DNA of 64,000 nt, taken from the NCBI GenBank assembly GCA_964057225.1, contig OZ059900.1:14694001-14758000 (forward strand), read 5' to 3'. Below, one piece after another: positions 1-9,891 of the stretch; positions within the stretch are counted from its first letter, which is position 1, and each line of letters begins with the position of its first letter. Below the pieces are notes generated by a model. The model was given only the letters and a program-made list of their open reading frames with translations. It searched no databases and was not told the DNA's origin. The DNA is from Auanema rhodensis (lineage: Eukaryota > Animalia > Nematoda). The translations under genes and the position numbers were made by a program.

Positions 1-403
1 TGACAGACGCGGATACTCACCACTATACTACCGAGGATTGAATTTGCACTTAGAAACTTTCATTAAGAGTGTGAGTTTGAATTAAAGTAGAAAAATGAAA
101 CACTGTCTCTAACATATCTTGATTTATGGCCTACTTTACCCAAAGAGCTAATTGAAGTTTGGTGTTACAATTAACGATTGATAAACGCTGACGTATCAAT
201 TTTTTTCATCGTAATTAAGATAGAACACTTAAATTAAATAGAAATGTTTGAAAATTTAAAAATAATCACAAGCTCAAATCACTTTTGAAAAAGCAGAAAG
301 TTTAAAACAATCTTTTTTCTAATAATTATCGTTTTTATCCGACTTTTTGAAGAAAACAAAAAAAGCATAACTTTCAATAACGATGAATCAGAACAAAAAC
401 ATT

Positions 404-475
404 CTCCCCGGCCGGGAATTGAACCCGGGTCTCGCATGTGACAGACGCGGATACTCACCACTATACTACCGAGGA
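404..475 (-). tRNA. tRNA-Asp: tRNA-Asp(GTC)
   Basis: Reverse complement of the 72-nt TCCTCGG...CTGTCAC...CCGGGGAG cloverleaf. Confidence 0.96.
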
Positions 476-2159
476 TTGAATTTGCACTTAGAAACTTTCA
501 TTAAGAGTGTGAGTTTGAATTAAAGTAGGAAAATGAAACACTGTCTCTAACATATCTTGTTTTATGGCCTACTTTACACAAAGAGCTAATTGAAGTTTGG
601 TGTTACAATTAACGATTGATAAACGCTGACGTATCAATTTTTTTCATCGTAATTAAGATAGAACACTTAAATTAAATAAAAATGTTTGAAAATTTAAAAA
701 AAATCACAAGCTCAAATCACTTTTGAAAAAGCAGAAAGTTTAAAACAATCTTTTTTCTAATAATTATCGTTTTTATCCGACTTTTTGAAGAAAACAAAAA
801 TAGCATAACATTCAATAACGATGAATCAGAACAAAAACATTCTCCCCGGCCGGGAATTGAACCCGGGTCTCGCATGTGACAGACGCGGATACTCACCACT
901 ATACTACCGAGGATTGAATTTGCACTTAGAAACTTTCATTAAGAGTGTGAGTTTGAATTAAAGTAGAAAAATGAAACACTGTCTCTAACATATCTTGATT
1001 TATGGCCTACTTTACTCAAAGAGCTAATTGAAGTTTGGTGTTACAATTAACGATTGATTAACGCTGACGTTTCAATTTTTTTCATCGTAATTAAGATAGA
1101 ACACTTAAATTATATAGAAATGTTTGAAAATTTAAAAAAAAATAACAAGCTCAAATCACTTTTGAAAAAGCAGAAAGTTTAAAACAATCTTTTTTCTAGT
1201 AATTATCGTTTTTATCCGACTTTTTGAAGAAAACAAAAATAGCATAACATTCAATAACGATGAATCAGAACAAAAACATTCTCCCCGGCCGGGAATTGAA
1301 CCCGGGTCTCGCATGTGACAGACGCGGATACTCACCACTATACTACCGAGGATTGAATTTGCACTCAGAAACTTTCATTAAGAGTGTGAGTTTGAATTAA
1401 AGTAGAAAAATGAAACACTTTCTCTAACATATCTTGATTTATGGCCTACTTTACTCAAAGAGCTAATTGAAGTTTGGTGTTAAAATGAACAATTGATTAA
1501 CGCTGACGTTCCGTTTTTTTTTCATCGTAATTGAGATAGAACATTTAAATTAAATGGAAATGTTTAAAAATTTAGAAAAAAAACACAAGCTCAAACCACT
1601 TTTGAAAAAGCAGAAAGTTTAAAACAATCTTTTTTCTAATAATGATCGTCTTTATCCGATTTTTGGAAAAAAACAAAAATAGCATAACATTCAATAACGA
1701 TGAATCAGAACAAAAACATTCTCCCCGGCCGGGAATTGAACCCGGGTCTCGCATGTGACAGACGCGGATACTCACCACTATACTACCGAGGATTGAATTT
1801 GCACTTAGAAACTTTCATTAAGAGTGTGAGTTTGAATTAAAGTAGAAAAATGAAACACTGTCTCTAACATATCTTGATTTATGGCCTACTTTACTCAAAG
1901 AGCTAATTGAAGTTTGGTGTTACAATTAACGATTGATAAACGCTGACGTATCAATTTTTTTCATCGTAATTAAGATAGAACACTTAAATTAAATAGAAAT
2001 GTTTGAAAATTTAAAAAAAAATCACAAGCTCAAACCACTTTTGAAAAAGCAGAAAGTTTAAAACAATCTTTTTTCTAATAATGATCGTCTTTATCCGACT
2101 TTTTGAAGAAAACAAAAATAGCATAACATTCAATAACGATGAATCAGAACAAAAACATT

Positions 2160-2231
2160 CTCCCCGGCCGGGAATTGAACCCGGGTCTCGCATGTGACAG
2201 ACGCGGATACTCACCACTATACTACCGAGGA
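2160..2231 (-). tRNA. tRNA-Asp: tRNA-Asp(GTC), array gene next to the Ty3/gypsy LTR
   Basis: Same 72-nt cloverleaf; its 5' end is 32 nt from the LTR start. Confidence 0.96.
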
Positions 2232-2263
2232 TTGAATTTGCACTTAGAAACTTTCATTAAGAG

Positions 2264-2621
2264 CGTTCCATTCGAATGATCAATGCATTACATTCATATG
2301 ACGAAGCTGTAGCAGGCGGGTTAGAGTCAGAGAATGCGAGACTGAGAGAAGACGACCCGCCCTTTTCCATATTACAACACTTCAGCTTTGCCTCAGGGAC
2401 GATCATGGATGGTTGGTCGTTCTCTCTCTGTTCTCTATTAGTTTAACCTTTACTTAGTTATATGTATCTTATTGTAATCACGTAGATATAATAAACCAAT
2501 CTTTCTCGAGTCTTATGTTTATCCTTATGCTCCATGTTTAACCGCTACATCTGGAATACTACCACGCTCATCTTGTAGACTCCATTGGTCTGTAAGATCG
2601 ACGCGGGAGCATAACGGAACG
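2264..2621 (+). repeat. 5' LTR (358 bp), termini CGTTCC...GGAACG
   Basis: Starts where array similarity ends; first 34 bp recur right after the PPT; terminal inverted repeat CGTTCCATT/AACGGAACG (8/9); AATAAA at 2490-2495; abuts the PBS. Confidence 0.85.
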
Positions 2622-2634
2622 TGGAGGTTCCACC
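2622..2634 (+). promoter_or_regulatory. Primer-binding site, tRNA-Gln
   Basis: TGGAGGTTCCACC is the complement of the metazoan tRNA-Gln 3' end ...GGTGGAACCT-CCA (tRNA sequence recalled from memory). Confidence 0.85.
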
Positions 2635-4131
2635 TCGAACTTATCACAATTTTTTTTTCTTCCTTCTCTCTAATGTTTGTGTTGTTAATTTATTTTCAAA
2701 TCTCTTTCATCTCTTTTTTTCTCATACCATCTACTCTATGTCTTAACACAATACGGAGGGGCCAACAACGTTAAATGGGAACAGAGGCAAGGAATCCTTT
2801 TTTTTTAAAGAAGGATTATACGTTTCGAGATTATTATTTTCCCGTTTGTTCACAAAAATTCTTTCGTCTGAACCTTTAAATTTCGTATCCTTGCTTATAA
2901 CATCTGAAATGCTCTGTTACCCAACCTTGAAGCTTGATGAGGGCTTTAGGCTGAATTAGTGAACAAATTCACCTAAAGTAATTGTTATTTTGTATTTCCC
3001 ACGCCTTCTCCTTTTTAAGGATTAATTTTGGCTTCAAGGAAAGTATAACTTCGGTTATATCTTTATATTTCGTGGATGAAGTTTGTTTTGCGAATCAGGA
3101 CTATTTTATTTTGCGTTACGATTTCGTTCAGACAAATTTTGCTTCTAACATCCTAAATTTATAATCAGTACGCATGAAAAAAATTACACGGGAAACCTCA
3201 CCAAAAAGGGAGGATTGTTAATTTATAGATCGCTATAGTCCGAAAAATCCTGTTGAAAAATGTTATCTCGAATTTGAATCATGATTAACACAGGTCGTGT
3301 TGGCTAAAGCATATCGGTTTGGATTTTCTCCCCTTACTGAATGTCACCTTCCTCATACCGTTATTGTTGTTCAGAAGCATAAGACTCACGCATTGAACCT
3401 TATTCCAACATTAATACTAGTTCTTGTAATATTTAGCCATTTAACTCTGCTTTTATTTCAAAATTCGATTTCTGATCACGAAATACCTACATTCATCATT
3501 GCGAAACGCTCTTTTGTAAAACTAATATTACGAATCCCATGACTTTTGTTACAACGAAACATGCGAGCTAGACCAAACGTATTTGAAAACCAGATTGTAA
3601 AGAAACAAAAATTATTTTTGGTCACAAAAGAGAAATTGGTGCACATTTATTGTTAAACTGCTCTTTTATCAAAAGCATGTTACGAATTACACCATAAGTT
3701 TTGTTGCAAGATGACACACCACATGGTCGAGAAACTAGTGTAACAAAACATAAGTTTAGTCAGCATGAGGAAAATGGTTGCATACAAATCAGTAAAATGT
3801 GCTGTAATTGAACGAATATTACGAATTACACTAAACGTTTTGTAAAATAACAGCTTGGTCACCCCAGATGTTTTGTGAATCAGATTTTCAACTACAGAGA
3901 AAATACGGAGAGCACCAGAGTCCCGATATCACAGAGTAGAAGGCGGATCCATCGCCATTGGCCAAGGCATCGACCTCATTCTCACAAGTTGTCGATACGA
4001 CACCGGTCGCTCTCCAAAGCCCTTCTCATTTTGCCTACATCCTCATCCTTATTCACCGCATTCTTTAACGTCTCAACATCCCACACGTTACCAAGCACTC
4101 AAGGTTTTTTCAAACCAAGAGTTCTAGCAAG

Positions 4132-5706
4132 GTGGCTAAGAGATTCCATTCAGCCGTACCTATAAGTACGCATTTCGATTCCCAAGACTCAGCTCCCTTT
4201 ACCAGAAGTCGAGCTCGAGCTCAAGACGTCGCTATATTAGAAGAGGAGCAGAAAGTCGACAAGAAGCCGGATAATTTCCTTATTCCTACTACTGATTCTG
4301 TCTCACCTACTGAACAACTAGGCGACCCGGACTACGTACCTACTATAGAAGAAGAACTATCAATCATTGTGGAGGAACAAACACCGATCACTCCTAAAAA
4401 GGTACGCTCCTCTAATTCTAATAAAAATAAGAAAAATCAAAACATCAGCGACGCTTCTCAGTCTCTCTCACTAACCGAACCAACCGATTCCCCTTTACTT
4501 TCAAAAACTTCTAGCGCGGGCGGGCTTAGTTCTCTTAGAAACATTGTTACTGATCTTTTTAACCTTTCGCCTAAAGATAAAACTTTCAACACCAAGCGCA
4601 AAAGCAGATATTCATCAGTCCCTAACATTAATATCTCACCAATTCAACCACCTGCGCTAAATACCAGTATTCATCAAACTTCTACTCCCATCTTAACAAC
4701 AACAGACTCACTTCCTAAGGCACCCAATAGACCTATTCCATCCACGCAAACAACCCCTATTTTGGAGACCCCACCAATAACAGGTAGAACGATCAAAATA
4801 CCATCTACCCGTACAAATAACATCATGACGGAAGCTGTTTCCTCACTACCTGGGGCAGGGAAAACAACAATCGCGCAAGCCTTACTTTGGCCTTACTGTC
4901 CAACTTACGACGGCAGTCGTAACTTCCGTGATTTTACGGGTAAATTCAACTTGTTTGCTAATGCCATTGGCCTTGTTATCCCTAAAAGGTTAGCACTTCT
5001 TCCTTTGCTTCTCAAAAATGAAGCAGCAGAAGAAGCTTACAGACAAGTTCCTGAACAACTTAAAACAACTGGTTCGTGGAATGATCTGATTAGAGCACTA
5101 ACATCGAAGCTCTGCCCTGAATATAACCAAGACCCTGCACTTATTAACCTTCAAAACACCACGCAAGGGGAATTGACAATTGATGCATACGCCCAAGCAT
5201 TAAGAACAATGGCATTGAGTGCATTTGCATCTGATGACCCACATAAAGATCAAATACTGAGATCAACATTCCTCAGAGGACTTAAAAATTCTCTAAAACC
5301 AGCTGTGATCCGAGCAAAGCCAAAATCCTTCACAGAAGCGATTGAAGCAGCTCGCTGGGAGGAATCGATAGTGAACCAAACAACAGACACGCAATCGATG
5401 TTGGTCAACGCTGTGAACAAAGCACTAGCACCCTTTGCGCGTAATGATGAGAGACGAGATAGCCAAACATTTAATCGCAATTATCAACGCGATAACCAAA
5501 TGATAAGAAACAATCAAAATTATCAAAATTATCAAAATTATCAAAAAAATAAAAACTTTTCTAATTTCAATAATAATCGAAACCGTTACGGTTCTTTCGC
5601 TAATAATAATCGCCGTACAAATTATAACGAACAAGATAATAGGCAATCGAGTTCTGATTGGCATCAAAGAAATTATAATTTTCGTCATAACAACCAACGA
5701 GGTTGA
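4132..5706 (+). CDS. gag: Gag region: S/T/P-rich N-terminal extension, retrotransposon capsid domain, N/Q/R-rich tail
   Basis: PTYDG...F..F start of capsid, QGELTIDAYAQAL (MHR-like), FLRGL...PKSFTEAIEAA..EE. True start is uncertain: GTG 4132, first internal ATG 4825. Confidence 0.85.
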   Translation: MAKRFHSAVPISTHFDSQDSAPFTRSRARAQDVAILEEEQKVDKKPDNFLIPTTDSVSPTEQLGDPDYVPTIEEELSIIVEEQTPITPKKVRSSNSNKNKKNQNISDASQSLSLTEPTDSPLLSKTSSAGGLSSLRNIVTDLFNLSPKDKTFNTKRKSRYSSVPNINISPIQPPALNTSIHQTSTPILTTTDSLPKAPNRPIPSTQTTPILETPPITGRTIKIPSTRTNNIMTEAVSSLPGAGKTTIAQALLWPYCPTYDGSRNFRDFTGKFNLFANAIGLVIPKRLALLPLLLKNEAAEEAYRQVPEQLKTTGSWNDLIRALTSKLCPEYNQDPALINLQNTTQGELTIDAYAQALRTMALSAFASDDPHKDQILRSTFLRGLKNSLKPAVIRAKPKSFTEAIEAARWEESIVNQTTDTQSMLVNAVNKALAPFARNDERRDSQTFNRNYQRDNQMIRNNQNYQNYQNYQKNKNFSNFNNNRNRYGSFANNNRRTNYNEQDNRQSSSDWHQRNYNFRHNNQRG

Positions 5707-5814
5707 TTCAATAACAACAACGGACAAAGAAGAGTTCAATTCAAAAATCCAAGAGACAACTCAAGAGGAAGAGATAGAAGCTCAACAAGAATAAACTCTG
5801 TCACTCTTTCGCCT

Positions 5815-8800
5815 TTGACGCTCACAGTTATCATGGCAATAACAGCAGCAATATTCTTGCCCTGTGCATCTACATATCAAATCTGTACAAGAGCAACAGG
5901 AGGCGCATTACTTATGCCACCAACAATCAGAAAATGCAGATTAACAGAGAAAAACCATGTGCTACGTACAGAAGTTCATCTGTACACAAGAAATCACACA
6001 GCACACGAATGGGATGCGTGGCGTTGTTCAGAGGAAGTACACAAGTTATGCGTACGAGACCTGCTATTCCTGCGCGATACGAACAGAACAATAAATAGAA
6101 TACAGCTTATAGGAGAGCGCGAGTGCAGACAGGCAATCCGCGATCGCAAGTGGAATGACATAGAACTGCAACGCATTGATAGTATCACCCAAGCAACTCC
6201 GGAGCCCTCCTATGACCCAGCGCGCGCGTTCAACCGCGACGCGTGCGAGGAGCGGTCACGTCTAATATTAGAGCGCGGAGTCATGACCCGTATGCCTGAC
6301 GATACAATATTGTCAAACTTAATATTAAACACGGAAGGATGCAATGCACATCATGGTAATTGTGAATCAAGTACATCAATAATAATATGGGACCCACAAA
6401 CCACTGCTTCACGTTGTAATTACATCGATATGCATACATATGACGCTATCATTAGTCAAGATACTATTTTAATCCCTAGTACACAATCGGCACTTATTCT
6501 TTCGAGCAAACCAACTCCGAAACCTATTTCTTCTTGCTTCAGGCAGCCAGCGTTCCATACGACATCAGGAAATTATATCATTCTTCCTAAATTTCCAAAC
6601 GACAACAATATAACCACCCTTATTGAAAGAGAGTTCAAAAAGCTGCCGTTTAAAAGACCAAAACGTGCAGTCACCGAAGGATGTTCTTTCCCACTGGATC
6701 AAGATCGGATCAACGAAGTTGAAGATTATGAAACAGTATTGCTTCACGTCTGTCCATATACTTTCCTAAGACCATTAATGAGTAATCCCGGTATTACTTC
6801 AATTATTCCTATAATCAAAGGAAGACGTTTAGTAGATCCAACATACTCTCTAAAGGCATGGATAACATCACATAAAGAAAAATTCGAATTTTTCTTCAGA
6901 ATTCAAATAAATGAACATTCTGTTCGACATTTTCTCAAGTAATACGATTTCAGTGATAAAGAAGAAGCTCTGCTATATTATATAGCACAAAGAGAATTAG
7001 CCATTACTACAAAGGCAGCAATATCATACTTAGCATCTGAACAGCTTCTCGAACAAATATCAGATCGTTTGACAGTAATCGAATTCGATGAAATCATAAG
7101 GAAGAAAGAAGGTTCATATCGCGAACGAATTGAAAGCATAGCTCTCAATTTAACCAATACACCAGTTATAATTGAAGAAGGATTGACAGTTCCATCACGA
7201 CAAGAAGTCCTACAAACGTTCATACAAATGCCACCAATAAGGAAACGTATACTAACTGACGAGGAAGAGAAGAAAAGCGAATTCATTAAAGCAACGATCA
7301 ATTTACTAAGAGAACTAAAAACCCTCACAACAGTACGATGGAATAAAACTGCAGCATTTATTGATGACAGAAAATTTATAAAATTGCCAGCATCACGACA
7401 ATTCATGCCAAATACAGATAAACTATTTTATGACAGGAAGAATAATTATGGAATACCGATCGGTCCACACCCTAAGCTGATCAAGCCCAGCAATCTTTCA
7501 AAGAAATTATTATTGGAAATATTTTTACCCCTGCTCAATAATGTAAAAACACCTTATACATCGAGTAGGATAACACAAGAACAACTTCAAATCTTAATGG
7601 CAGAGAAAAATGAAACAAATTTTCGGCAAATCGCAACGCTGACATCCAGCGTCGCGGCAGGCGGCGCGGCTAGCGGCGCGGTTGTGACACCAGTCCAACC
7701 TTTGATCGAACGGAAGGGAACAATCCAATCAGTTACCACAATATAGCCGCAAATAACGAACAATCCTCACACAAATGCAACAACCACCACAAGAGCACCA
7801 TCATGGAGGCAACAGCCATCAACAACGGCGCCTCACACGACCGCTGCGACAACAGCACGCACAACAACATCAACCGCTCGTTCGCCAACAACAACGAGAA
7901 GCTATGCCATATACAAAGACGCACAGATTCCAAAAATACAAGAGACAACCGAAGCCTCTCCAACATTGATTCGAAAAAACCGAGCTTCCTCAACACCATC
8001 AGTAGAAACCTCAAATTCAGTGGAAGCAAATGCGAGATACATAGCAACGAAAATTGACTCGGTACAAGAGTTTCGTCAAAATATATCGAACAAAATAGCC
8101 CAAGATCATTTACAGTATGCTACTACAATGATCCAAGAGGAATTGCAGAAACATTTTGAAGAATCATACGAATCGATTTGCGAGATACAAAATCGGTATC
8201 TGGAATTATGGAAATCAATTCTACAAATTGAACCAACAATCGCAATGCGAACAATACTGGGAAGAGAAGATATAGCCGCACGGTTTGTAGGCAATGAAAT
8301 TTTGCATATACATGTATGCCCTACAGTGCTAGAGAAAACCATTTATCACAATCACACCGTAAATGGCACATGCTATCTCGAAACCCCAGTCTGGACACAA
8401 GACGGACAGTTACTGTTTGCAGCACCCGGATCCAAGGATCTTTTACCTCATGGTAAAGAAATAAGCTGTGATCACGTACCAACAGATATCTGGTCTAGCG
8501 AAGGTGAATGGAAAGGAATTAATGGGACTGCAAACGTCAATCTTGTATCAATGTGGGACGGACTTCATCACGAAAAAATAACACCATTAAAATTTACCGG
8601 AGCTCACTTATACACTAATTTATCGTCTCGTGTATACTCAATGACCACAGCCATAGCTTACGGTGCGAGTTTAGCATCGATTCGTCAGAATCACGTTCTT
8701 CACACAATTCACAATGATCCAAAGATATCAGCTACATTCAGTGTACTAAAGAAAAGTAGCGACTACATATCGAAAGCTCAAGAATTCACCAAGAGCACAT

Positions 8801-8988
8801 GGAAGTCATTCATCGATACAATTGCAGGAACGATTGAGCGAACACTAATAACTATCGGTGCAATTACATTATTTACCATCATACTCTTTGTGATAGGTTT
8901 CATTGTAAAGATCTATTTCTTCAAACCAGTAGGCATACCAGTTATGCATATTGCACTCAAAGATCACGACAGTGATCTACCAACATAC
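5815..8988 (+). pseudogene. env: Envelope glycoprotein, herpesvirus gB-like class III fusogen, interrupted by TAA 6940-6942 and TAG 7744-7746
   Basis: Signal peptide LTLTVIMAITAAIFLPCAST/YQIC; Cys-rich N-half with NxT/S sequons; RPKR furin site 6655-6666; gB-like core LQY..CEIQN..LW..EP...AARFVGN....C...CY..PV (8107-8469); TM helix 8842-8907. All segments are in one frame. Confidence 0.8.
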
Positions 8989-9129
8989 GAAGAAACTTTG
9001 GAATTAGTTAGTCATCCGGACCAACCGATTCCAAGACACATAATGAAACAATACTATCCATCAATGCTCGCATTCATACCAATCGCACTACCATTAGTTT
9101 GCTCGATTTCCAAAAAGAAAGATCAAGCG

Positions 9130-9510
9130 CTACCACTTCTATGGATGACTGTTAACAATAGACTGATCCTAACTTTATGGGACTCAGGTTCGTCCGTCAG
9201 TTACATAAGAATATCGACACTACACTACTTAGCTTTGAATGACTTTGTTAAGAAGAATACATCAAGAGCAACAACAGCGAACGGATCAGAATTTGTATTC
9301 ATTGGTACTATCGACTTAACCGTCGAAATAGCCGGTTACGAAATCGACCACACATTCTTCATATCAGACGACAAAGACTGTCCATCGCCAGCGTTGATTG
9401 GATTAGGTTTCATGAAAACACTTGACTGTCAAAACATTGGCATGAAACTAAGACCATACAAAAGAACACTGGAAATTGGAAATCATGTAGTACCTTTGGC
9501 TAGCGGAATT
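9130..9510 (+). CDS. pro: Retropepsin aspartic protease domain, in frame directly after the Env TM/tail (part of ORF 7966-9681)
   Basis: LWDSGSSVSYI (DSG at 9181-9189), TANG flap, ALIGLGFM. Boundaries approximate. Confidence 0.9.
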
Positions 9511-9891
9511 AACGGGGATATCAACAGGATATCAAAAACTGTTAATTTGATAACCTTGGAACCGCGGAGTCTACTTCCACGACAAGTTTTTAATTTCCAA
9601 GTCCAATTAGAGAACCCAATCGGAGAAGACTTAACCGCTATGATTAAACCAAACGACAATACACCTCTCTCACCTCGATAAGACACAGCATTTCGCGATG
9701 TTAACTCCATCAATATTCAATTCCGGAACAATTCTAAAGAATTCATAGAAATACCGGCCGGCACTGTAATTGCAGAAGCCGAAATAGGATCTATACCGGA
9801 CTATGAAATCTTCTCAACAGAACAACAGTACGACTATATTCCACCAGAAGCAGACTGGGAAGGCAAATTACCTCACTTCCCTGGTGATTTC

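Larger units (their letters stand above)
1..2263 (-). repeat. Tandem tRNA-Asp(GTC) array, ~439-bp unit, minus strand (5 complete genes + partial gene at 1-37)
   Basis: Unit repeats every 438-440 bp; tRNAs at 404-475, 842-913, 1281-1352, 1721-1792 and 2160-2231; array sequence stops at ...CTTTCATTAAGAG (2263). Confidence 0.97.

Noticed and set aside
2308-2549. TGTAGC...GCTACA as the real LTR or a nested solo LTR
   Set aside because: No TSD, no PPT before it and no recognisable PBS after it; the PPT, array junction and tRNA-Gln PBS all define 2264-2621 instead.
2552-2565. TGGAATACTACC as a PBS for the arrayed tRNA-Asp
   Set aside because: Only 8 nt (ATACTACC) match, to an internal 5' part of the tRNA rather than its 3' end.
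2635-3867. Accessory or antisense spliced gene in the long leader (short ORFs; a 49-nt GTGAG...TTTAG intron-like segment on the minus strand at 3153-3201)
   Set aside because: I could not assemble an open spliced frame; the flanking frames contain stops. RNA-seq would be needed.
4843-4884. SLPGAGKTTIAQAL as a P-loop NTPase in Gag
   Set aside because: Lacks the first Gly/Ala and a Walker B region, and runs directly into the capsid domain; likely chance.
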